From the NCBI GenBank assembly GCA_903864375.1, contig CAIPFS010000696.1, positions 1-34,662 on the forward strand: a DNA stretch of 34,662 bases. The letters are read 5' to 3'. This document shows positions 19,177 through 27,921 of the stretch, in pieces. A model generated the notes under the pieces. The model was not told the DNA's origin. It ran no database searches and worked only from the letters and a program-made list of their open reading frames with translations. This DNA comes from an uncultured Verrucomicrobiota bacterium (GTDB lineage: Bacteria; Verrucomicrobiota; Verrucomicrobiia; Limisphaerales; UBA9464). A program made the position numbers and the translations under genes. The first letter of the stretch is position 1. Each line of letters opens with the position of its first letter.

Positions 19177-21194
19177 GACCACGGGAAGAGTTTTGCCTCC
19201 TGATTCAACAGAGCCCCGGCCAGCGGGCAACGGGCATTTTGCAGGATCACCAGGCGTTCACGGACATCGCGTCCGCGAGTCTGATTGCCCCGGGCGAGCC
19301 AGAGCAACTGGGGAACCGTTTCCGCCCACATCAGGGTATCCGGCTGATCGGTTCCGGCGATTTCGAGGAGGACCACCACACCGGTGGCCTGATTCCAGCG
19401 CCCGATCACCTCCTGCCATTGCTGCCGGTGCGCCGCCGTCCATTCCCAGGCGGGTGGCAGCAGCAACCAGACGGTCTGCCCAATGACCGGACCGGCTTCA
19501 TCCGGCCGGCTCAATGCCTGTTCGATGGGAATCACCCGCCCGTTGCGGGGTGCCCGATTGGTGACCACCAACACCGACGGATGGCGTTGGCCGGCCGCGG
19601 CGGCCAGGAGCTCCATCCAGGTGGAGGCTCCCTCCCGGCGCGCAGAGGTGACGAAACCGCAGATCACGTTGCCATTGGGGGTGGCCACGAGTTTGCTTTG
19701 AAGGGCCAGCCAGGTCCGGAAGGCCCAATGCGACTGGGCAACGGCATCCAGGCTTTCGAGGTCGGGAAGGCGCGCCAGAAGGGGCAGTTTGGTGACGCGC
19801 TTCAAATCGGCCGCGGTCTTGATCCGGTCATCCAACAATTCCACGACGCAGATGCCCAACAGGGTTCCCATGACACCCAGAATGCCTCCGACCACCGCCA
19901 GGAGGATGACCTTTTTGGAGCGCCCGGACACCTCGACGTCTTCGACATTGGCGTCGAAGTAGCGGTAGTATCCCGGGGAGTTTTCCTCGTAGAGCTGGGC
20001 TTCACGCTGGCGGCTGGCCAGAAGGGAACGGGAGCCTTCCAGGGATTGCTGACGGGCCTTGATCCGCACGAGCTGCATTGCCTTTTCGGGCAGTCCGCGC
20101 AATTTCTCGTCCACCTCGGTCCGGGTCGCCTTCATCTTTTCAATCTGGGCGGCGACGACCTGCTTGTGGGTTCGCAGGGTGAGCAGTTCGGAGTAATATC
20201 CGGTGGACAAGCCACCTTCTCCCTGACGAGGGGGAGCAATGGGGTTGGTGGCGGACTCCTGGGCCCGTTTCTCCAACTCGGCCAGGAGAGCCTGCTGCTC
20301 CTGAATGATCGGGTTGAGTTCGGTGTATTCCTGGCGGAGGTCCGACAGTCGTTCGCGAGCCACCTGCAACTTTTCTTGAACCGGGCTGTGGGTGGTCAGT
20401 TCCCGTTCGAGCGCGGCCATCTGAAGGTCGATGGTTTCGTACTCGATTTTCATGGTCGAAAACCGGAGGTCCAGGTCGCCAAGGGTGCGCAGGTAGGCAT
20501 CCATCTCCTTGTCAGCGTTGATCAGGCCGGCCTGTTTGGAAAATTCCAGTTCTTCCTGATTGGCCGCCCGGAGGTCCTCCTCGGTCTTGCTCAACTGTCG
20601 CTTGAGCAGGCGGTTCATTTCCACCGCCTCCTGCGTCTGCATTTCCTTGATCAACTTCACGACGGTGTTGCCAAAAATGTTCAGAACCCGCACTGCGGCG
20701 CCGGCGCTGCGTCCTGACACGTAGGTCACGGTGATCAGATCCGTGTTGCGTTCCGGCGTCACCGTCATATTACCGATGATGGCTCGCGAGGACAGCTGGG
20801 CCTCCTCGGCCACCCGCTGCATGACCACAGGCGATTTAACCAGACTGACCAGGGTCTGGACGGTCATCTGCCGGGGTTTGAACGGTTCTCCCAATTCGGA
20901 GGCGCGAAAAGTGGCGGACGACTCCTGGCGGATGAGTTGCGCCGTGGCCTTGTAGGAGGCTGTGAATTTCTTGTACCCCAGTGCCCCGGCAAGGAGGGCG
21001 AGAACAGCTCCCGCCACCCCCATCATCCACCATCGGCGAAGGAGGGCAGCGATCAGGCGGAGGGGATCGAGCGGCATGCCGGATCCGCCAGACGGAGGCT
21101 GGGGCGGCGGCCCGGACGGCACCACACCACCGGAGGCAGTCGGGATGGTTTCCAGACTGTTGGGCGGCAGGTCAGTTTCAGGTCGGGTGGTCAC
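19173..21194 (-). CDS. Wzc/GumC-like polysaccharide co-polymerase with degenerate kinase domain
   Basis: Wzz-type N-terminus (LLRRWW-TM-YKATAQLI), long coiled-coil, second TM, ELLDDRIKTAADL...LPLLARLP linker, then a P-loop-like remnant VTSARREGAST. GTG start. Confidence 0.85.
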   Translation of the reverse strand: MTTRPETDLPPNSLETIPTASGGVVPSGPPPQPPSGGSGMPLDPLRLIAALLRRWWMMGVAGAVLALLAGALGYKKFTASYKATAQLIRQESSATFRASELGEPFKPRQMTVQTLVSLVKSPVVMQRVAEEAQLSSRAIIGNMTVTPERNTDLITVTYVSGRSAGAAVRVLNIFGNTVVKLIKEMQTQEAVEMNRLLKRQLSKTEEDLRAANQEELEFSKQAGLINADKEMDAYLRTLGDLDLRFSTMKIEYETIDLQMAALERELTTHSPVQEKLQVARERLSDLRQEYTELNPIIQEQQALLAELEKRAQESATNPIAPPRQGEGGLSTGYYSELLTLRTHKQVVAAQIEKMKATRTEVDEKLRGLPEKAMQLVRIKARQQSLEGSRSLLASRQREAQLYEENSPGYYRYFDANVEDVEVSGRSKKVILLAVVGGILGVMGTLLGICVVELLDDRIKTAADLKRVTKLPLLARLPDLESLDAVAQSHWAFRTWLALQSKLVATPNGNVICGFVTSARREGASTWMELLAAAAGQRHPSVLVVTNRAPRNGRVIPIEQALSRPDEAGPVIGQTVWLLLPPAWEWTAAHRQQWQEVIGRWNQATGVVVLLEIAGTDQPDTLMWAETVPQLLWLARGNQTRGRDVRERLVILQNARCPLAGALLNQEAKLFPWS

Positions 21195-21226
21195 GGTTCA
21201 ATCAACCACTGGAATTCAATGGCGCG

Positions 21227-22381
21227 TCAGGAACTTGCAGCCCGACGGGCAATCGCTTCCCGGTACACGGCAAGAACTTGGGACGCATTGCGCTGCCAGT
21301 CAAAGCCTGCGGCATGAACCAGGCCCAACCGGGTCAACTCTTTCCGGCGGGCGCCGTCGGAAGCCATCCGGCTCAGGCCCTGAGTCATGCTATCGACATT
21401 TTCAGGGTCGAGAACCTCGGCCGCGTTGCCAATCACCTCGGCGAGAGCACCGCGGGTGGAGCTGAGCACCGGGCATCCGCAGGCCATGGCTTCCACCGGA
21501 GGAAATCCAAATCCCTCGAACAACGACGGATAAACCATCGTTCCCGCGGCTTGATAGAGGGCGGGAAGCGCGTCATCGGGAACAAAACCCAAAAAGCGGA
21601 TGTCCCGGCTGAACGGTGATTGCGCCGCAGCGGTGCGGATCAATTCCGCACCGGGCCAATCTCCGCCACCGATGGCCAGCAACCACGGAGAGGCCGTCTG
21701 GCTCTTGAATCGATTGAAAGCATCAAACAAGCGGACGTGATTCTTCGCCGGATGCTCCAGGCGGGACACGTACAGGAAGTAAGGGCTGTCCAGCTTCCAG
21801 CGACGGGCCACCTCGGATTCCGCCTCGGGGCGGAGTCCGGGCCTGAATCTCTGATGATCAATGCCATTGTGGACCACGTGCTGGCGTTGAAGTGGAACTC
21901 CGAAGAAACGCTCAATGTCCCTGGCCGTGTTTTGGCTGATGGCGATGATCTCCTCCTGGCGGCGGGCCAATTGCCGGACAACCACCTTCCCGTAGAACAT
22001 CCGGGCGGGATCGTATTTACCCCGGACATGAAACGGAGCGAGGTCGTGAATGGTGGCCACCCGTGCGCAGGGGGCGCTCCAGACCATCCGACGGTAACTG
22101 GGAACATGAAGGACATCGATTTCCATCCGGCGCAGCAACCCCGGAAGGGTGGTATGATGCCAGAGGATATTACGAACAGCGCGACGATGCGTCTCGGGAA
22201 CGGTGACGATCTCCGCCCTGCCCCGGGCAAAGGCAAACAACGGCAACTCCTCCTCCAGCACCAACAGGACGATCTCATGGTCACCGGGTGCCTCCAACAG
22301 GGCGCGGACCAGGGCGAGAATGTATTGTCCAACGCCGGACTTGCCGCGTTGAAGGACCGAGGTGGAAAAGGCGATGCGCAT
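21227..22381 (-). CDS. Glycosyltransferase family 4
   Basis: SGVGQY, TIHDL, AISQNT, VVHNGID, KNHVRL and the EX7E motif SLFEGFGFPPVEAMACG. Confidence 0.92.
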   Translation of the reverse strand: MRIAFSTSVLQRGKSGVGQYILALVRALLEAPGDHEIVLLVLEEELPLFAFARGRAEIVTVPETHRRAVRNILWHHTTLPGLLRRMEIDVLHVPSYRRMVWSAPCARVATIHDLAPFHVRGKYDPARMFYGKVVVRQLARRQEEIIAISQNTARDIERFFGVPLQRQHVVHNGIDHQRFRPGLRPEAESEVARRWKLDSPYFLYVSRLEHPAKNHVRLFDAFNRFKSQTASPWLLAIGGGDWPGAELIRTAAAQSPFSRDIRFLGFVPDDALPALYQAAGTMVYPSLFEGFGFPPVEAMACGCPVLSSTRGALAEVIGNAAEVLDPENVDSMTQGLSRMASDGARRKELTRLGLVHAAGFDWQRNASQVLAVYREAIARRAASS

Positions 22382-22383
22382 GA

Positions 22384-23898
22384 TCAGCTCAGGAGCAGGT
22401 TATCGAGCCGGACAATCCGGAGGACGTTCAGCACTGCGGGTGTCGGACCAACAAAACGAACCTTCATTCCCAGTTTGACCCCGTGCTTCCGCACCTTGAG
22501 CATCAGCCGGACACCAGTGCTGTCGATGAACCGAACCCCTTCCAGCCGGACATCCACTTCCGAGGTGTGTCCATTGCGCAGTTCGAGGTAATACTGGGTC
22601 ATATTCCAAACCGCGTCGACGTTGGCCGCCACGACCTCGCCCGTCCATACCAGGGGTCCCACCCGCCCGGAAATGTCCAGATCGACACCCACAGGACGCT
22701 CACCTTCCCGTGCCCGGGTCAATTCGTGGGCCGCCGCCAGGTCGGGAGCGGTGGTGAACATTCCGTCCACCCGCATCAATTCCAAAGCCCGGACGACGGG
22801 GGCGGACGGACCGACCAGAACCAGTTGTCGTTCGTCGGCTCGAAGCTGTTTGAGCAGTCGAATCAGCAGTCCCAGTCCGGTGCTGTCGATGAACTGAATT
22901 TGGGAAAGGTCCGCCAGAACATGCCCTTCGCTGGCCCGGAGCAATCGGATCAGATCGCGATATCTTTCGACGGCCGCGGCATCCAACCGCTCGCCAAACC
23001 GGACGATTTCCGAAATGCCGTGGGTTGTTTCCCGGATTCCCGTCGATTCAGTTCCGGGCGTCGCGGCGGATCGATGTCGTAATTCCCACCATTGGGTTGC
23101 GATGGCTCGACCAAAGACGACGAGGTCGACCGCATATCTTTTGAAGAGGCGTTTCGGTTCCTGCAACAGGCGGAAGATCCATTCCAAACCGGTCTTTTGC
23201 ATCCACCGGGGTGCGCGACGGACGGTGCCACCGAGGAAATCGATGGTTGCTCCCACGCCCACGCTGACCGGCACACCCGATGCCATGAAATGCATGCGAA
23301 TCCATTTCTCCTGCTTGGGACAGCCAAACGCGACGAGGACGATGTCGGGTCGGGCGGCGCGCAGGCGCTGGAGGACATCCTCGTGGTCCATGTCCACCAG
23401 CGGCTTGAACGGTGGCGAATAGGAGCCCACCAGTTGAAGGCGCGGATACCGCAGACGGGTATTGGCGGTGGCCCGCTCCAGGCTCGCCTCCGCACCTCCG
23501 AGGAAGAAAATCCTCCATCCCCGGCGCTCGGCTTCCGCGAGCAGAAGGGGAACAAGGTCGGATCCGGTCACCCGTTCCGGAAGGGGATTGCCGAGCAGAC
23601 GGGAGGCCCAGACGAGGGGCATGCCGTCACACAACACCAGGTCCGCCTCTGCCAGAATTCGTTGCAGTTCCACGTCGCGCAGGGCCTGGACGGCAAAATC
23701 GACGTTGGCCGTCGCGAGATAGTGGGGACGCTTCGAAAGAATCATTTCACCAATGATTCGCAGCGTGTCAGACATGGTGACCTTGTCGAAGGGGACGCCC
23801 AACATGGCCACCGGTGCCGGACGGTCGCAAAGGCTGTTCCGTTCGCCGGGGGAGGCCGGTTTCGAGGTGGTGGGGGCAGATCCAGGAGCGGGCATCAT
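22384..23898 (-). CDS. WecB/TagA/CpsF (GT26) glycosyltransferase fused to two STAS (anti-sigma antagonist) domains
   Basis: GT26 motifs TANVD, DGMPLVWAS, ERVTGSDL, FFLGG, GCPKQEKW, RAPRWMQKTGLEW.FRL.QEP.RL..RY, followed by DLSQIQFIDSTGLGLL and RLEGVRFIDSTGVRLM STAS signatures. Start ATG 23898 or 23895. Confidence 0.9.
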   Translation of the reverse strand: MMPAPGSAPTTSKPASPGERNSLCDRPAPVAMLGVPFDKVTMSDTLRIIGEMILSKRPHYLATANVDFAVQALRDVELQRILAEADLVLCDGMPLVWASRLLGNPLPERVTGSDLVPLLLAEAERRGWRIFFLGGAEASLERATANTRLRYPRLQLVGSYSPPFKPLVDMDHEDVLQRLRAARPDIVLVAFGCPKQEKWIRMHFMASGVPVSVGVGATIDFLGGTVRRAPRWMQKTGLEWIFRLLQEPKRLFKRYAVDLVVFGRAIATQWWELRHRSAATPGTESTGIRETTHGISEIVRFGERLDAAAVERYRDLIRLLRASEGHVLADLSQIQFIDSTGLGLLIRLLKQLRADERQLVLVGPSAPVVRALELMRVDGMFTTAPDLAAAHELTRAREGERPVGVDLDISGRVGPLVWTGEVVAANVDAVWNMTQYYLELRNGHTSEVDVRLEGVRFIDSTGVRLMLKVRKHGVKLGMKVRFVGPTPAVLNVLRIVRLDNLLLS

Positions 23899-23902
23899 AT
23901 CG

Positions 23903-24325
23903 CTAGGGCACGGAATCGGTCGACAACCCAAACGGTCGACGAAGCCAGGAAATCGTGGAGGACACTTCGATGTTCCCCGTTCGGGTCAAATACACGGACA
24001 GCCGGTAGCTTTGCGGCTCGACATAGTCGCCGTGCCAGAATTCGACCCCGTTGGTGAACAACCGGGCCTCGCTCGCGGCACCCTTTGGTTCGAGAGAAAA
24101 ACGAACCGACTCCCCATCGGCAATGTCGTCGAAGGTTCGTTGCTGACCGCAGGCCGTCACCCGCAGGGCGGAGACGGTCCGTCCCGTTTCATTGTAAATC
24201 ATGATGCGGGTGGTCCCGGCGCGCACCCAGGCGACCCCGGCGGAAACAGCCAGCATCAAAATGGCGAGCAACGGCAGCCAGACCCGGCGCCGGCGCCACC
24301 AGTCAGGGGGCAAAACGACGCGCAT
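23903..24325 (-). CDS. Small membrane-anchored/secreted hypothetical protein
   Basis: 140-aa ORF that exactly fills the gap between two operon genes; WWRRRR followed by a hydrophobic helix and a beta-rich domain. Confidence 0.7.
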   Translation of the reverse strand: MRVVLPPDWWRRRRVWLPLLAILMLAVSAGVAWVRAGTTRIMIYNETGRTVSALRVTACGQQRTFDDIADGESVRFSLEPKGAASEARLFTNGVEFWHGDYVEPQSYRLSVYLTRTGNIEVSSTISWLRRPFGLSTDSVP

Positions 24326-25505
24326 AGGTTTCGCTCAATTGTCGTCCGAGTGTCTTCCAGGACAACCGGTCTCGGACCGTTTTCTGACCGGTCACCTCCA
24401 ACCGTCGGCGCAGCGCCTCATCGCGGAGACCGTTACCCGTCTCCTCAATAAATGCCTGGGCTGTGTCGGCCAGCAGGATTTCCTCACCATGCCGGAGTTC
24501 AAGACCCTGGGCACCGATGGTGGTGGAAACCACCGGTGTGCCCATCGCCATGCTTTCGGGAATCTTCAACCGGGTTCCACCGCCGATCCGCAGCGGGACG
24601 ATTTGTAACCAGGCCTGCCGGTAATAAGGGCGAACGTCGGGGACACCGCCGGTGACGGTCACCCCCTTGCGGGAGGCGTAGGCCTGAACCTCTGGAAGCG
24701 GGGCCTTTCCCACGATGAGGACCCGCAGTTGAGGCACCCATTCCAGCAGTCCGTCATGGATTTCCTCAAAAAACCAGCGGAGCGCATCGACATTGGGCGA
24801 ATAGTCCATCGCCCCGCAGAAGAGAACCGTCGGTTCAACGGCCCGGGGCACCGGCGTGGATTCAGGGGTGAAAAAATCGAGGTCCACACCGTTGGTGATC
24901 ACGAGGGTCCGGACCCGCCTTGAAATCTCGAAACAGATGAAGTTCTCATCATCGGGACCACAGACCACCTCGAGGGCGGAGCGCCGGGCGATACGGCGCT
25001 CAAAGCGTCCCAGCTTGAACAAATTCTCCCAATCAAGAATGGACTGCCGGAACCCACGGGAAAGCGCGGCCCGCTGTGCCAGTTGAAATTGAAGGTCCAC
25101 CCGGCTCCGGTCGATGGCCAGGGGTAGATCCTGATGGTCCTCCAGAAAGTACTGGGCCATGACGATGTCGCACACATGGACCAGCGGATAGGTCTCGGTC
25201 CCGATAAACCGCTTCAGGGCCTCGGCGATGTGGGGAAGCCGCCAGTGGCGGATGGTGGTGGGAAGCGGATTCAGGAGTCGATTCGAAAGCCGGGGCCAGG
25301 CGGGATGGGAGAACCGGACAAATTCCACCCGTCGACAGAATTCCTGAAAATGAGGCTTCTGATCCTCCCGCTCTCCATTTTCACACAGGGCAAGGAGATC
25401 CACCTCGTGGTCCCTCGCCAGCGCACGCAGCAGGTGATAGGTCCGTTGAAAGGTTCCCCGATCGGGCGGGTATGGAACGTAGGGGTAGACAACAAGAAGC
25501 CGCAT
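24303..25505 (-). CDS. Glycosyltransferase family 4
   Basis: PYPPDRG, NGVDLDFF, FCGAMDYSPNVDA, DVRPYY, VPLRIGGGTRLKIPESMAMG.PVVST. Confidence 0.9.
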   Translation of the reverse strand: MRLLVVYPYVPYPPDRGTFQRTYHLLRALARDHEVDLLALCENGEREDQKPHFQEFCRRVEFVRFSHPAWPRLSNRLLNPLPTTIRHWRLPHIAEALKRFIGTETYPLVHVCDIVMAQYFLEDHQDLPLAIDRSRVDLQFQLAQRAALSRGFRQSILDWENLFKLGRFERRIARRSALEVVCGPDDENFICFEISRRVRTLVITNGVDLDFFTPESTPVPRAVEPTVLFCGAMDYSPNVDALRWFFEEIHDGLLEWVPQLRVLIVGKAPLPEVQAYASRKGVTVTGGVPDVRPYYRQAWLQIVPLRIGGGTRLKIPESMAMGTPVVSTTIGAQGLELRHGEEILLADTAQAFIEETGNGLRDEALRRRLEVTGQKTVRDRLSWKTLGRQLSETYARRFAP

Positions 25506-25507
25506 GA

Positions 25508-26668
25508 CTAGTGGTATCGATGCCAGAGTCGTTCGTAAGCCGCAACCAATCCCGGAAGTTGGGATTCCCGGGTCCGAAGTTCGCGTTGGAGCTCGCGTTG
25601 GAGCTGATCATCGCGCCCCTCGGTTGAAAGACTCCCCACACCCCCCAGCAACAGGCAAAGGGAGTGAAACAGGCGCTCACGGGGATAGCGCCCTGATAAT
25701 ACTCCCGGCCAATACCTGTCCCGAAGGTTCACCAGACGGTTGCGCCAGGCGGGTTGTTCCGGACATTTGTCGACACGGCTGCGGGCATAGTCGGAGCCGT
25801 TGGAAAACGAGGTGCCCAACCGACGATTCTCCTGCCACAACCAGACGCTTTTCGCGATGGTCTGCAATCGCTCGAGGGAGCCCTTCAGTTCCTCCCGGGT
25901 GGCGATGGTTCGACGCGGGTGCAATTTGAATTCCACCCCCGCCTGGTGATGAACCTGGACTGCCTTGAGGAACGGCAACTCCTCCGTGGGAGCGATGGCC
26001 AGGAGTCGTCGCTGGCGTTCCCGGCAACTCCAATGGTACTCCCCACGGCTCACCAGCACGACGTCACCCAATGCCAGCTCCAGCTTGGCCAGATTGCGCC
26101 CGACGAAATCGGCCTCCTCGGATCCAAACTCCGGGCGCTCCAACCGTTCCAGGCTGAACAGGAGTCCCGAACAGCGGTTCATCAACAGCCGCGTGGCCTC
26201 ATGGAGCGGAATGCGATGGGCGTCCCGCCGGTGGGCCGCCAGCGACAGGTCCAGAACGTTGGCATCGCCAAAGATCAGCCGGTTTCCGGCTGCGAGATCA
26301 TAATAAAACATCGAGGGCGGGGATGCCAGCAGCTTGGGCAACGTCATCACCTTGAACTCGACCTCAAGTCCCGCCGCAGGGGAAAGCCGGGATCCAATGT
26401 CATGCAATGGTCCCCGGAACTTCCGTTCGGCCAACAAGGCATTGCCGCGCAAAAAGACATAAAACTCGAGGTCGTTGTAGGGCCGTTCTCCATCCGGCGT
26501 CTGAAGGACCCCCCCCTCCCCGCGTCCGTAGCCACCGCCCAGCAGAATGCCATCGAGTTTCCAGCGTGGGATCAGACTCAGGACCTCGTTGCGCACGTCG
26601 AGGCAGAGCTGCGCCAGCCGCCGTTCGAGGTCCGGTCCCCCATCCACTGTGAACCGAATGGAATTCAT
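25508..26668 (-). CDS. Uncharacterised Pol-beta-superfamily nucleotidyltransferase-like protein
   Basis: 386-aa ORF translationally coupled within the operon. ILLGGGYGRGEG...YNDLEFYVF fits the hG[GS]...Dh[DE]h signature; a downstream EVEF strand could carry the third carboxylate; helical C-terminal half. Confidence 0.65.
   Translation of the reverse strand: MNSIRFTVDGGPDLERRLAQLCLDVRNEVLSLIPRWKLDGILLGGGYGRGEGGVLQTPDGERPYNDLEFYVFLRGNALLAERKFRGPLHDIGSRLSPAAGLEVEFKVMTLPKLLASPPSMFYYDLAAGNRLIFGDANVLDLSLAAHRRDAHRIPLHEATRLLMNRCSGLLFSLERLERPEFGSEEADFVGRNLAKLELALGDVVLVSRGEYHWSCRERQRRLLAIAPTEELPFLKAVQVHHQAGVEFKLHPRRTIATREELKGSLERLQTIAKSVWLWQENRRLGTSFSNGSDYARSRVDKCPEQPAWRNRLVNLRDRYWPGVLSGRYPRERLFHSLCLLLGGVGSLSTEGRDDQLQRELQRELRTRESQLPGLVAAYERLWHRYH
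25581..25604. repeat. 12-bp in-frame tandem duplication (LQRE x2) in the nucleotidyltransferase-like gene
   Basis: TCGCGTTGGAGC occurs twice, exactly, at 25581-25592 and 25593-25604. Confidence 0.7.
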
Positions 26669-27921
26669 GATGCCACCCGGGTTCCCCGGGCCAGGGCCAC
26701 CGTCTCCAACAGGTAGCGCTCAAACTGGTCCACAACCACCGGTTCATTGTAACGGGAGCGGACCTCGGCGTGGCCCGTCGCCGCCATTCGTGCTCGGGCC
26801 ACGGGGTCAGACGCCAGTTCAACGATGCGTTCCGCCAGCTGGGCGGCATCGCCGGCCGGGTAGGTCAGGGCGTTTTCGCCGTGCCGGAATAATTCCGGGC
26901 TGCCTCCGGTCATGGTGCCGATGACGGGCAGACCGCTGCTCATGGCTTCCAGCGGTGTCAGGGCAAACGGCTCCTCCCATTCCGAGGTGAACAGGAGGGC
27001 ATCGTGTGCACGGTAGATGCCGGGCATTTCGGACGATCGGGCGGTATGAAAATAGACCGGCAGGTGATGCTCGCGAACGTAGGTGTGCAGGCGGGTGGTG
27101 TAGTCGGCATCACCCCGGCCGTAAATGTGGAGCTCACCGGGAAATCGACCCTGGACGGCCGCCATGGCCCGGAGGGCCGTCATCACTCCCTTATCCTCCG
27201 CCAGTCGTCCCACATAGAGCAGTCGGTGAAGAATCTGTGAAGCCGGGGCGGGAGTACCGGAAAACCGTCCGATATCGACCGGACAATAAATGATGGCCCC
27301 GTGGCCCACAGAATAGCCTTTCGCAGCAGTCAAATCGCGCAGCGCCCGGCTGCAAAAAGTGATCCGATCAAACCGGATGGAGCGGACCGGATCCGCGGGT
27401 GCGACGGAACTCCATTTCCGCCGTTGACCGGTCCAACCCCAAGCTGTTCGCAACACCCGGGCCAGGAGGGACGGATGGCTGCGGTTCCACCAGTCGAGCC
27501 AGACATCTGCGGCCAGGCTTCGGGCAATCCAATGATCGGACAGATGGTAGGCCGTCGGGACAGGCAACCCCTGCAAGGTCAGGCAGATCGATTTGGAAAT
27601 GCCCCCAAGGTTCCAAACATGAACGACATCGGGTTCAAACCGGGCAACGGCCTCACGGACGCACCGGTTGTTGTGCACTTCGAGATCGGCCAGCGCCCGA
27701 ATCCCCAGCCACGGATGACCAAAAAAACCGTGAACGCGGAGGTCCCGACGTACCCCGGGCTCGGTGGCATCCTCCCGAACCCCGTCCACCCGGTGATTGG
27801 AGGTCAGAACTTCCACCGTGTGTCCACGGGCACGCCACGCCGCAACCATGGCGGCGCAGATCAATTCATATCCCCCGACATAATGCGGGGGATAGAGATT
27901 GGACAGGACCAGTATTTTCAT
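26665..27921 (-). CDS. Glycosyltransferase family 4
   Basis: MKILVLSNLYPPHYVGGYE, YVGRLAEDKG and EX7E motif WEEPFALTPLEAMSSG. ATG 27921 overlaps the upstream stop (ATGA). Confidence 0.92.
   Translation of the reverse strand: MKILVLSNLYPPHYVGGYELICAAMVAAWRARGHTVEVLTSNHRVDGVREDATEPGVRRDLRVHGFFGHPWLGIRALADLEVHNNRCVREAVARFEPDVVHVWNLGGISKSICLTLQGLPVPTAYHLSDHWIARSLAADVWLDWWNRSHPSLLARVLRTAWGWTGQRRKWSSVAPADPVRSIRFDRITFCSRALRDLTAAKGYSVGHGAIIYCPVDIGRFSGTPAPASQILHRLLYVGRLAEDKGVMTALRAMAAVQGRFPGELHIYGRGDADYTTRLHTYVREHHLPVYFHTARSSEMPGIYRAHDALLFTSEWEEPFALTPLEAMSSGLPVIGTMTGGSPELFRHGENALTYPAGDAAQLAERIVELASDPVARARMAATGHAEVRSRYNEPVVVDQFERYLLETVALARGTRVAS

Noticed and set aside
19239-20717. 492-aa plus-strand ORF
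   Set aside because: Wholly antisense to the Wzc-like gene, with no recognisable domain.
22517-22894. Identical 15-mer GTGCTGTCGATGAAC at 22517-22531 and 22880-22894
   Set aside because: Explained by the shared FIDST peptide of the two STAS domains; not a separate DNA element.
25508-26668. Nucleotidyltransferase as a CBASS CD-NTase or MNT-HEPN toxin-antitoxin component
   Set aside because: No effector, Cap or HEPN toxin gene is adjacent, and the context is purely polysaccharide biosynthesis. Kept only as an unexplained NTase.
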